Source: a candidate division WOR-3 bacterium | Lineage (GTDB): Bacteria; Hydrothermota; Hydrothermia; JBDRYB01 | Direction: 5' to 3' | Assembly: GCA_039803205.1 (NCBI GenBank) | Contig: JBDRYB010000035.1 | Span: forward strand, 1 to 16,193 | DNA length: 16,193 nucleotides | Part shown: piece after piece, positions 1 through 8,431 of the stretch | How the letters are laid out: the number at the start of each line of letters is the position of its first letter | How positions within the stretch are numbered: position 1 is the first letter of the stretch | Notes under the pieces: model-generated | Seen by the model: the letters and a program-made list of their open reading frames with translations, nothing else | Told to the model about the DNA's origin: nothing | Databases searched by the model: none | Translations under genes and position numbers: made by a program

Positions 1-1
1 A

Positions 2-970
2 TCACTACCCCAGGCCAGCGATCCAGTGCCAGATGAAACCCCTAAGCCCAACCCATTCTCCTGGGTTCTTGATACCATCTACGAGATAGCCAGGATACCA
101 TCAGGTTCGCTTCCAAAGGCCGTCAAGATAACCCCTGACGGCAGATTCGCATTCACGACAAACTTCGGCGACGGGACAATAGGAAAGATAGCGATAGGCG
201 AAAAGAAGTGGATATATATGCAGAAGAACTTTGATCCCAGGAGAAAAGACCTCTCCCTTCCGGTGGAGGTAGCCTTTGATTCACTGAGGCCCTGGGCATA
301 CATCTCGGATTTCTCCCACGCGAGGGTCCGGGTTTTTGACTGGCAGGCCGACACCTTCATCCGGGATATAAAGGTTGGTTCCCTGCCAAAGATACTTGAG
401 GTCTCGCCGGATGGAAAAATGCTTTGGGTTTCAAACTGGGGTTCGAACTCGGTCTCGGTCGTTGATCTCGATTCCTTGAAGGAGATAAAGCGCATCCCGG
501 TCGGTTCTCTGGCCCCCAGGGGAATAGCCCTGACCACGGATGGCAGGGCATATGTTTGCGACTTTGATGGCTCCGCTATATCCATAATTAACGCTAATTC
601 ACTTGAGCTCGTCAGGGTCATAAAGGCCCCGCGCCTCCCCAGGCACGCTGTGGCGAGAGGGGATACGGCCTTTATTACTCTCTATGGCACGGGGAAGCTC
701 TGGGTCATGACGGGTGACAGCCTTCTTAAGGAATACACGATTGGCGGCCATCCAAAGACCCTCGTCCTATTCGGACGCTATGCTTTCATTGCCAATTACG
801 GCGCGGACAGGATGGATGTCTTTGACCTGGCCGAAGCCAAGGTTATAGCGCGAGTCCCTGCTGGCAAAAGCCCCTCAGGCATAGACATAACCCCGGACGG
901 CCAATACATTTATCTGACAAACTGGTTTGACCCATCGCTGAGCATATACAAAGTTGAATGGGAGAAGTAG
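2..970 (+). CDS. YVTN/YncE-family beta-propeller protein, 5'-truncated by the window edge
   Basis: Repeated blades such as PKAVKITPDGRFAFTTNFGDGTI, PKILEVSPDGKMLWVSNWGSNSVSVVD, PRGIALTTDGRAYVCDFDGSAISII and PSGIDITPDGQYIYLTN. The frame is open from position 2 (SLPQASDP then GTG 26), so the true start is probably upstream of the window. Stop TAG at 968-970. Confidence 0.85.
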   Translation, partial: SLPQASDPVPDETPKPNPFSWVLDTIYEIARIPSGSLPKAVKITPDGRFAFTTNFGDGTIGKIAIGEKKWIYMQKNFDPRRKDLSLPVEVAFDSLRPWAYISDFSHARVRVFDWQADTFIRDIKVGSLPKILEVSPDGKMLWVSNWGSNSVSVVDLDSLKEIKRIPVGSLAPRGIALTTDGRAYVCDFDGSAISIINANSLELVRVIKAPRLPRHAVARGDTAFITLYGTGKLWVMTGDSLLKEYTIGGHPKTLVLFGRYAFIANYGADRMDVFDLAEAKVIARVPAGKSPSGIDITPDGQYIYLTNWFDPSLSIYKVEWEK

Positions 971-1041
971 GCCCTTGTCCTCGTATAATGGAAAACGGTT
1001 GAGCGTAGCCTGGAGACCAAGGTAAGGAAAAGAGCGGACAC

Positions 1042-1070
1042 TTGATCGCCCCTGAGATTTTCCGTATAAT
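1042..1070 (+). promoter_or_regulatory. sigma70-type promoter for the Kelch gene
   Basis: TTGATC (1042-1047), 17-nt spacer, TATAAT (1065-1070). SD GGAGG at 1097-1101 precedes ATG 1111. A second CGTATAAT lies at 982-989. Confidence 0.65.
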
Positions 1071-1110
1071 ATAACCACTAGCTGATGGTGAAAAAAGGAG
1101 GCATCTAGAG

Positions 1111-2712
1111 ATGTTGTTGAGCATAGGGATCTTAGGATTGATATGGGAAACTGGAGCATCTGTGCCCGCTGGCCGGGCTTACCCTGCGGGGTTTGCTGGA
1201 TTTTTCAAAACAGATACATCCTGGGATTGGCTCCCGGTTGCCTACGGTGCGACTTCGGCCGGTGTAACCCGCACGAATTACTGGTATGATATCTCAGGCA
1301 ACAGCTGGCAAACAAGGGCACAAGGTTCTACTCCAGCGAGATATGACTGTGCTGGAACCTTTGCCACATACTCAGGCGAAAAGCATCTCTTCGTTTTCGC
1401 TGGTTCCGGAGGGAGTTATCCTGCTGGGAACACCGCTTTCAGATACCGCTACAGCACTGATACTTGGACTTCAATAACCAATTTTCCATACCCGGCTGAG
1501 GGCGTTATGGCCGCTGGGGAGATAGGGGGGATGATTTACACATTTGGAGGTCACAACGCCCCCGATAACTGGACCCCCCCAACTGTTACCACCAATACCT
1601 ACCGATATAGCCCATCGGGCAACAGCTATACAGCAAGAACGGCCATGCCCTTAGCCAGGTCTGAGGCGGGTTGTGCGATTGCCAGGAACGAGAATGGGGA
1701 CTCCTGCATCTACATAATATCGGGAATTTATGCCTTTGATGACCTGGGCTTTCCCCTCTATACCAGCAGAACAGACGAATACAACCCTGGCTCAAACTCG
1801 TGGAGAAACCGGGCAAATTTCCCCGGGACTCCGGTTAATGGAGCCTCGGCCGCAACTCTGAGAAACGAGATATATGTGATGGGAGGTTATAACTACTGGT
1901 CATCCAGCAATCCGACAACCATTTACATCTACAACCCGATTGCCAACTCTTGGGTCTCCGGAGCCTCGCACAGTCCGGCCGTTCCCGATCTTCCTGCTGG
2001 CAGGGATGGCGGAGTTGCTACCGCTCCGGATTTTCCTCTGCGAAGGGTTAGCCTGGTTCGGCCTGTTAATAACGATACCTGTTGCAATGACACCCTCTTC
2101 TGGCGCAGGGGGACGGGCGCGGTGAAGATAGTGTATGCGACAGGGGGTGATGCGAACAACAATGTCTACACGACCACATGGCGCCTCCGTTCCGTTGTCC
2201 AGGGCTATGTCCTAAAGTATGATACCCTCCCCAATTTCGCGACGGCCTCAGTGATCTGGAACGATATGGATGGCTCCGGAACCGATGACAGGGATACCAT
2301 GCAGGTCCTCCTGAGCATGACCCTATTTGAGGATCACTGGTATTACTGGACAGTTGGGGTGGTTGATGATATGCCGGATACGGCCTGGTCAGCTGACACA
2401 TTCAGGTTCTACTACGATTGCACCCCTGCCTACGAGGGGGATGAGGAATCCCCAGGAGATATAAAGCCCTCTTTGGCCGATGTTTTGGTGCGCGGGCCTG
2501 AGGCGGTTCTCTCCTTCACGACCCCCTGGCCCGGTTCTTACAAGCTTGCGGTCTACGATGCGGCCGGGAGGCTCGCGCTCGCGAATGAGTTCCTCGCATT
2601 TCGTGGCAGAAACCAGGTTCCTCTCGTGCTCAAGGAGCCAGGCGTCTACTTGGTATTTATTGAAGGCCAAGGGGTGCAACTCAGAGCGAGGCTATTAATA
2701 ACCGGAAGGTGA
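1111..2712 (+). CDS. Secreted Kelch-repeat beta-propeller protein with an FN3/Ig-like domain and a T9SS type-A-like C-terminal domain
   Basis: Kelch motifs LFVFAG..YRYSTDTW, IYTFGG..YSPSGNSY, IYIISG..EYNPGSNSW, IYVMGG..IYNPIANSW and VYATGG. The C-terminal tail KLAVYDAAGR...PGVYLVFIEG...ARLLITGR resembles Por secretion tails. Short hydrophobic N-terminus and a good SD. Confidence 0.8.
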   Translation: MLLSIGILGLIWETGASVPAGRAYPAGFAGFFKTDTSWDWLPVAYGATSAGVTRTNYWYDISGNSWQTRAQGSTPARYDCAGTFATYSGEKHLFVFAGSGGSYPAGNTAFRYRYSTDTWTSITNFPYPAEGVMAAGEIGGMIYTFGGHNAPDNWTPPTVTTNTYRYSPSGNSYTARTAMPLARSEAGCAIARNENGDSCIYIISGIYAFDDLGFPLYTSRTDEYNPGSNSWRNRANFPGTPVNGASAATLRNEIYVMGGYNYWSSSNPTTIYIYNPIANSWVSGASHSPAVPDLPAGRDGGVATAPDFPLRRVSLVRPVNNDTCCNDTLFWRRGTGAVKIVYATGGDANNNVYTTTWRLRSVVQGYVLKYDTLPNFATASVIWNDMDGSGTDDRDTMQVLLSMTLFEDHWYYWTVGVVDDMPDTAWSADTFRFYYDCTPAYEGDEESPGDIKPSLADVLVRGPEAVLSFTTPWPGSYKLAVYDAAGRLALANEFLAFRGRNQVPLVLKEPGVYLVFIEGQGVQLRARLLITGR

Positions 2713-2762
2713 GCGAACGCGCCGGATAGAAGCCAAGCATGGGAAATCATTATAATTTAATG

Positions 2763-4841
2763 GTGAAACAGAGTGCTCTTCTATTATTGCCGGGCCTCGC
2801 CCTTGCATACACGAGCATAGTCACGGACTTTGACGACGGCAACCTGGAATCACCGGTCGCCTTCTCGGCTCTCGCGATAAACGGCAATGCCAGCGCCCTC
2901 GCGGAGCCCGGCGGCATGGGAGCATACTCCCTGCACGCAACATATAGCCTCGGCAATCCTTCGGGCCTCGTGTTTCTGAGGGGAACATTCACGCCAGGCC
3001 TCTTTCGTGGAAGGGGGATCTTCTTCTACGCGAGGGGAAGAGGGATATGGGACATCGGCGTCGCGGTCATGGGCTCCTCTTCTCCGGCTTATTACAGGCT
3101 CTCGCTTTCCGATGATTGGAGGCCGTATTACATATCCTGGAAGGATTTTTTCTATAACCCACGAGAACAGAACCGTCCGGCCATTGACACGAACCTCTTG
3201 GTGACAATATTTCTCTTTTCCCAGGAACGCCAAGGAGGAGCCTCCGGCGAGATCTGGCTCGATTCTCTTGGGTATTTCTACTCGGAGGGACCCCAGCCCT
3301 GGGATTATGACAGCGATGGTATCCCAGACGAAAATGACCCGGATGCCGATTCTGACCGTTGGCCGAATGCCCTTGAAAACATTGCAGGAACAGATGTCCT
3401 TGATAGTTTGGACAGCCCGAGCGGAGAGCTGGGCCTGCCATCTGGGTGTTATTTTGGTCTATTCCCCCTAATGGGTCTCACGGACGAATGGATGGTCTTC
3501 TCTGACATAACGGGCCTCAAGCCAGGCTTGGTAACAGTTTTCACGAGCCAGTGGGGAGATTCCTCGCATTTCTTTCACTTTGACAGAACCTCCTGCGATT
3601 TCATAGCGAGACAAGGCGCCATTCCCGTCTATCAGTGGCCCATGATGATAAGGGACAGCATGAGGGTTCCGCCGGAGTGGCGCTGGTGCAGGGACAGCTA
3701 TCCGCTTGAGGAAAGATTCAGCCCCGAAAGCGTGCTCGCGGGGGTCTACGACGCGGACATCGCCATGTTTGCCGGAGAGGTTGCCGATTGGGGGCTTCCC
3801 CTTTTCATTAATCCTTTAATAGAGTATAACGCCGGCCTCGTGCAGTATTCTGGCCTGGCGAACTTCGGGCCTGACGCGAGGAGGGTTCCCCCCAGGGATT
3901 CCTTAGGGTTCTTTGGAGGGACATGGATCGGGGATACCCTGCTCGCGCTCTGTGATACGGTCCCAGGAGACTCCCTCTGCAATTATTATGGGAATCCCCT
4001 TATCCCCGACGGCCCTGAGAGGGTCGCGGATGCGTTCGCGCGCGTCCAGGCGATCTTTGCTGGCGCAGGAGCAGATAAGGTGATATGGACACTTCAGGTT
4101 TTGCCCAGCTTTGTCGTGGATTCCGCGTGGGGCAGGTGGAACAGGCCCAGCAATTATTATCCTTCTGGATATTACCCAGCTTGGCACTCCTCATCAGCGC
4201 ACCACGGGATGATAGAGAGCTCCGGCGACACCGTGCACCTTCCAGAGATGTTCGCTGAGGCATACGATACATTGCTGGCAATATCTCCTTTGCCAATCCT
4301 CCTAATAGAGTTCGCTATTCACTCGGATTCCGCGACAGGCTCCACGGACATGTCTTTCATGTTTTCAGAGGATTTCTGCGACCTCCTCAAGAACCGATAT
4401 CCGTGGGTCAAGGGCTTCACATACGCGAACTCTGACGCCTATGGCGCGGATTACAGGCATGTTGGCCTTCAGATTGACTCCGCGAGGGCAGTGGCATTCC
4501 CAGGGGAGCCCGCGGCATTCTCCTCCTGTATAGGCTCTGACCCATACTATCATCAGGATCCAATACTCCTCACCCTGGCAAAAAAAGAGGGCTCAGGCAA
4601 AAAAGGGTCCGTGCTCTCGGCCAGGCCCAATCCATTTGTCAACAAGACCACGATAACCTGTCCCCAGAAAACGAGCCTCGTTTCGGTCTATGACCCTTCC
4701 GGAAGGCTCCTTTGGTCAAAGGAAAACCCAAAAGAAGAAATAACCTGGCCGGAGGGGTCGGTTGGCCCAGGGGTATATATCGTGATGGCAAGGGCAATGG
4801 GTTCCTGCCTGGTTCTCAAGATAATTAGGGTCGGAAAATAA
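2763..4841 (+). CDS. Secreted multidomain protein: CBM11/CIA30-like domain, Asp-rich TSP3-like repeat, divergent GH26-like TIM barrel and T9SS type-A-like tail
   Basis: Signal peptide MKQSALLLLPGLALA (start GTG 2763 or ATG 2760; the ORF-track start 2739 overlaps the -10 box). N-domain VTDFDDG..GIFFYARG..DDWRPYYISWKDF..GEIWLDSLGY. Acidic motif DYDSDGIPDENDPDADSD. GH26-like motifs AGVYDA, PLFINPLIEYNAG, IFAGAGADKVIW, NYYP and PILLIEFA. Tail RPNPF..VYDPSGR..PGVYIV..KIIRVGK. Confidence 0.72.
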   Translation: MKQSALLLLPGLALAYTSIVTDFDDGNLESPVAFSALAINGNASALAEPGGMGAYSLHATYSLGNPSGLVFLRGTFTPGLFRGRGIFFYARGRGIWDIGVAVMGSSSPAYYRLSLSDDWRPYYISWKDFFYNPREQNRPAIDTNLLVTIFLFSQERQGGASGEIWLDSLGYFYSEGPQPWDYDSDGIPDENDPDADSDRWPNALENIAGTDVLDSLDSPSGELGLPSGCYFGLFPLMGLTDEWMVFSDITGLKPGLVTVFTSQWGDSSHFFHFDRTSCDFIARQGAIPVYQWPMMIRDSMRVPPEWRWCRDSYPLEERFSPESVLAGVYDADIAMFAGEVADWGLPLFINPLIEYNAGLVQYSGLANFGPDARRVPPRDSLGFFGGTWIGDTLLALCDTVPGDSLCNYYGNPLIPDGPERVADAFARVQAIFAGAGADKVIWTLQVLPSFVVDSAWGRWNRPSNYYPSGYYPAWHSSSAHHGMIESSGDTVHLPEMFAEAYDTLLAISPLPILLIEFAIHSDSATGSTDMSFMFSEDFCDLLKNRYPWVKGFTYANSDAYGADYRHVGLQIDSARAVAFPGEPAAFSSCIGSDPYYHQDPILLTLAKKEGSGKKGSVLSARPNPFVNKTTITCPQKTSLVSVYDPSGRLLWSKENPKEEITWPEGSVGPGVYIVMARAMGSCLVLKIIRVGK

Positions 4842-4845
4842 GCCT

Positions 4846-4874
4846 TTGTGCGGCTCTGGCTGGAGATATATAAT
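4846..4874 (+). promoter_or_regulatory. sigma70-type promoter for the DUF3160 gene
   Basis: TTGTGC (4846-4851), 17 nt, TATAAT (4869-4874). ATG 4884 follows 9 nt later with no SD in between. Confidence 0.5.
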
Positions 4875-4883
4875 AGTCCAGCT

Positions 4884-7103
4884 ATGAGAAAGATCATACT
4901 CGCTGGCCTGAGCGCCTTTGCGGCTGCCCCATCTTGCAAAACCTTGCCAAACCAGTCACCTAGCCAACCCAGGGCTATCCTATCAAAGGGCTATCCGGAT
5001 ATCAAACTGTCAAGGAAAAAGAGCGTTTTCCGCCCAACAGATTCCCCCTATTCGTTTCCGATGGACGGCTGGGCAAACGACGCCTACCTGAAAAAGAACC
5101 TCCCAACGGAGGCCAAAAAGCGCTTGGAAACAAACGGATTTGTCCTCATGCCTACTGATTTCAAGGACATTTATGCTCTATACGAGGACATAACTACGAC
5201 GGATCCGGACCACACCTCCGAGCTCGGCGGCCCCCCAGGGGAGCGGGGCCCGGTCTTCATAACAACGGATCTGACCCTCCATACCCTCCACCTTCTAATG
5301 GATTATTCCCTCCGCGCAATTGAGCTCACGGAGCTTTTGCCGCGCGCCGAAAGCCTAACGGCCCTGATGCTCAAAAACTCCATTCACCTCTATGAGAATT
5401 CCACGAACAAGGCCAAAAAGGCGGCGGCATTGAACATGGGCTATTTCTGCGTTGCCGCTAGATTACTTGAGATTTCCCCAGATGTAGAATTGCCCCCAGG
5501 GGTTAATGAGAGGGTGGAAATGGAGATCGGATTGATAAATGCCTCATCGGGTTTCTCCGAATCCCCACTCTTGGGCATCAACGAGGACTACTCCCAGTAT
5601 AAACCCCGGGGCCACTATACCAGGAATGAAGACTTCAAGCGCTACTTCAAGGCAATGATGTGGTTCGGGAGGATGGGCTTCCCGCCCGAGAAAAACCCCC
5701 TAAGTCCTGGCGCGGACCCAGAACTTCTTACCATATCTGCTATCCTACAATCAATAGCCCTGTGCGAGGACACGACTGCATTGAGGCTCTGGAACGAGAT
5801 ATACGAGACAACCGCTTTCTTCGTTGGGGAATCCGATGACCTAACCCCGCTGGAGTATTACGAGCTCGCGAAAGAGGTATGGGGGCACGCGGCGAAACCA
5901 AACGAACTCAACGACGCGAAAAAGCTCTCGGAGTTCAGGACAAAGGCCTCTGCTCTCAGGAAACCAAGGGTTCTCTCGGGCCTCTCGGTCTCATTTTCGG
6001 CCGACACAGTCAAAATACCTGTCAGCTACCGCTTCATGGGCCAGCGTTTCATCCCCGACGCGTATATGATGCAGGAGCTGATCGCTGGTAGGATCGGAAT
6101 CTACGCTGGCAGAGGAAATCCTTTTACCCTAACCCAAACGGAGCTGGGGCCGGCTAGGGGTTTTGCTCTTGGGCTTGATGTGATGAGCGTTCTCGGTTCA
6201 GGCCTAGCAGAGGATATAATAAAAACTCAGGGAGACAACGAGTATGCGGGATACGCGGAGAAGGTTGAATACCTGAGAAGGTGGTGGTGGTCGATTCCGG
6301 ACGGCGAGTTGGCATCAACCCTATACGGCATGTGGTTTTACACCCTTGAGATTCTGTTGACGGACAGCTCCGCGCCCGCGGGGGTGAGAAAGATCGCCTG
6401 GTATAGAAAGAACCTGCTCAGCTCACTGGGTTCGTGGGCGGAGCTCAGGCACGATGTCATCCTATACGCAAAACAGCCCTACGGAGTGAAGCTCGCTGAC
6501 GGGGGGGCTGGGCCTCCTCCACTTGCTAAGAAAGAACTCGGTGCCTGCGAGCCTTACCCTGAGGCCTTCAGGGCTCAGGCCAGGATAGCGATAACCCTTT
6601 CGGAGTTTCTTGAGGCTAAGGGGTGGGCCCCTGAGGTCAGGGAAAAGCTGGACAGCTACGCTATGATCTGCAATGAGCTCGCCGAGATAGCAGAAAACGG
6701 TGGAGTTCCTCTTGATAATGAGGGACATCACTCCCTCTGGAGGATGCCGGAGAGGCTGAAGGCCACGACGGACCTCGGTTGGGAGCTGATGGAAAGGATA
6801 ACCAACCCATATCAGGACTCCCGGATGGCAATAGTCGCGGATGTCATGACAGATCCCAACTCAGGACAGTGCCTTGAAGAAGCAGTTGGGAATCCCGCGG
6901 TGCTTCTTGTCCTGGTCGTTATACATGGCAAGCCTTACATAGCTGAGGGAGCGTGCTTCACATACTACGAGTTCAAACAGCCCTTGAACGATAGGCTCTC
7001 TGACCCAGAATGGCATGAGATCCTGGATGGGGGAAAACCCCAGATGCCAAGCTGGGCAGATGAAATCATGGGAAGAGCATCCGGACCAAGGCCCGGATAC
7101 TAG
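4884..7103 (+). CDS. DUF3160 domain-containing putative lipoprotein
   Basis: Characteristic motifs PVFITTD..LH, EDYSQYKPRGHYTR, YFKAMMWFGR, FMGQRFIPD, GSWAELRHDVILYAKQPY, EEAVGNP and YYEF. From ATG 4884 the N-terminus MRKIILAGLSAFAAAPSC ends in a lipobox-like Cys. Confidence 0.85.
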   Translation: MRKIILAGLSAFAAAPSCKTLPNQSPSQPRAILSKGYPDIKLSRKKSVFRPTDSPYSFPMDGWANDAYLKKNLPTEAKKRLETNGFVLMPTDFKDIYALYEDITTTDPDHTSELGGPPGERGPVFITTDLTLHTLHLLMDYSLRAIELTELLPRAESLTALMLKNSIHLYENSTNKAKKAAALNMGYFCVAARLLEISPDVELPPGVNERVEMEIGLINASSGFSESPLLGINEDYSQYKPRGHYTRNEDFKRYFKAMMWFGRMGFPPEKNPLSPGADPELLTISAILQSIALCEDTTALRLWNEIYETTAFFVGESDDLTPLEYYELAKEVWGHAAKPNELNDAKKLSEFRTKASALRKPRVLSGLSVSFSADTVKIPVSYRFMGQRFIPDAYMMQELIAGRIGIYAGRGNPFTLTQTELGPARGFALGLDVMSVLGSGLAEDIIKTQGDNEYAGYAEKVEYLRRWWWSIPDGELASTLYGMWFYTLEILLTDSSAPAGVRKIAWYRKNLLSSLGSWAELRHDVILYAKQPYGVKLADGGAGPPPLAKKELGACEPYPEAFRAQARIAITLSEFLEAKGWAPEVREKLDSYAMICNELAEIAENGGVPLDNEGHHSLWRMPERLKATTDLGWELMERITNPYQDSRMAIVADVMTDPNSGQCLEEAVGNPAVLLVLVVIHGKPYIAEGACFTYYEFKQPLNDRLSDPEWHEILDGGKPQMPSWADEIMGRASGPRPGY

Positions 7104-7189
7104 TCAGAGCCTGAGATCCGCCAACCATAGCGCGCCAGCATGGCTAGGCCTTATAATTTCAAGCCTCAGGTTGGAGGTTTTTGACCCAA

Positions 7190-8380
7190 ATGGCTACATA
7201 TGTTAGGGAACTCGTCTTTCCGTCAGTGGAAAGCATGGGCGTTGAAATAGTTGAGAGAAAGGGCCTCGGTCATCCGGATACCATATGCGACGCTCTCTCT
7301 GAGGCCTATTCTGCCGCTCTCTCAAAGGCCTACATGGAACGATTCGGCAAGATATACCACCACAATGTTGACAAGGCCCTCCTGGTCGGAGGTTCTGCAA
7401 ACCCAGCATTCGGCGGAGGAGAGGTTCTCTCGCGCATAGAGATACACATGGTTGGAAGGGTGACCGACCGGGTAGGGAAAGAAGAGGTGCCCATACGAGA
7501 GATATATCAGGAGAGCGCCAGGAAATGGATAAAGGAAAACTTCAGGTATCTGGAACCGGACAAGCACATCAGCTTTAGCCTCATGGCCAAGCCTGGCTCG
7601 GTGGACCTGGTAGAGCTTTTTGAGAGATCATACGAGAATCCCCTCGCTAACGACACATCCTTCGGTGTGGGGTTCGCTCCGATGACAACGACCGAAAACC
7701 TCGTCTATTCTCTTGAGAAACATCTTAACGGCCCATTCAGACGAGAGCATCCCTTTGTTGGGGAGGATATAAAGATAATGGGCGTGAGGTCAGGGAGGAA
7801 GATAAACATAACCATTGCCATGGCAATGGTTGGGGAGTTTATAGGCTCTCTGAGCGAATACATTGAGGCAAAGGAGATAGTTAGGCAGGAGGCCGTTGAT
7901 TTCTCGGCTACAATAACCCCGTGGGAGGTTTGGGTTGATGTCAACGCGGCTGATTCCGTTGAGAAGGGCTCTGTGTATCTTACGGTCACTGGAACCTCGG
8001 CTGAGGCAGGGGATGACGGCCAGGTGGGGAGAGGAAACCGTGCAAACGGACTCATTACCCCATACAGGCCCATGAGCCTTGAGGCCGCGGCCGGAAAGAA
8101 CCCGGTGAGCCATGTTGGAAAGACATACAATGTTCTGGCAAAGGAGATAGCGGATGAGGTGGTTCGTAGGATAGATGAGGTCACGGAAGCCTATGTCTAC
8201 ATAGTTTCCCAAATAGGAAAGCCTGTTACCGAGCCTCAACTCCTTGATGTCCATGTGAGGACAAAGAGAGCGCTTACCGCTGGGATCCGGGAGCGCGTTG
8301 CAGAGATAGCGGAGCGCAAATTGCAGGACGCGCCGCTGGTGTGGCGTAGGGTAATGGCAGGGGAGGTAGAGCTGTTTTAG
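7190..8380 (+). CDS. mat: Archaeal-type S-adenosylmethionine synthetase (methionine adenosyltransferase)
   Basis: Signature motifs EIVERKGLGHPDTICD, HHNVDK, LANDTSFGVGFAP, GEDIKIMG, YLTVTGTSAEAGDDGQVGRGNRANGLITPYRPMSLEAAAGKNPVSHVGKTYN. TATAAT at 7152-7157 and SD GGAGGT at 7173-7178 favour ATG 7190 over TTG 7181. Confidence 0.95.
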   Translation: MATYVRELVFPSVESMGVEIVERKGLGHPDTICDALSEAYSAALSKAYMERFGKIYHHNVDKALLVGGSANPAFGGGEVLSRIEIHMVGRVTDRVGKEEVPIREIYQESARKWIKENFRYLEPDKHISFSLMAKPGSVDLVELFERSYENPLANDTSFGVGFAPMTTTENLVYSLEKHLNGPFRREHPFVGEDIKIMGVRSGRKINITIAMAMVGEFIGSLSEYIEAKEIVRQEAVDFSATITPWEVWVDVNAADSVEKGSVYLTVTGTSAEAGDDGQVGRGNRANGLITPYRPMSLEAAAGKNPVSHVGKTYNVLAKEIADEVVRRIDEVTEAYVYIVSQIGKPVTEPQLLDVHVRTKRALTAGIRERVAEIAERKLQDAPLVWRRVMAGEVELF

Positions 8381-8385
8381 GGCAC

Positions 8386-8406
8386 GGGTTTTTGGTGCAA
8401 AAACCC
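8386..8406. repeat. Perfect 9-bp inverted repeat between mat and ktrB (terminator-like hairpin or operator)
   Basis: GGGTTTTTG-GTG-CAAAAACCC, starting 5 nt after the mat stop and overlapping the expected -35 region of the TATAAT at 8419-8424. Confidence 0.5.
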
Positions 8407-8431
8407 CGAGCTGCCCAATATAATTTTGCCC

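Noticed and set aside
988..1002. Mini-ORF ATG GAA AAC GGT TGA (MENG) as a leader peptide
   Set aside because: It overlaps a TATAAT box, and has no SD, no regulatory codon run and no attenuator structure.
2710..2760. TGA read-through (selenocysteine) or fusion of the Kelch gene with the GH26-like gene
   Set aside because: The secretion tail is already complete at the TGA, another in-frame stop follows shortly, and the next gene is in a different frame with its own signal peptide.
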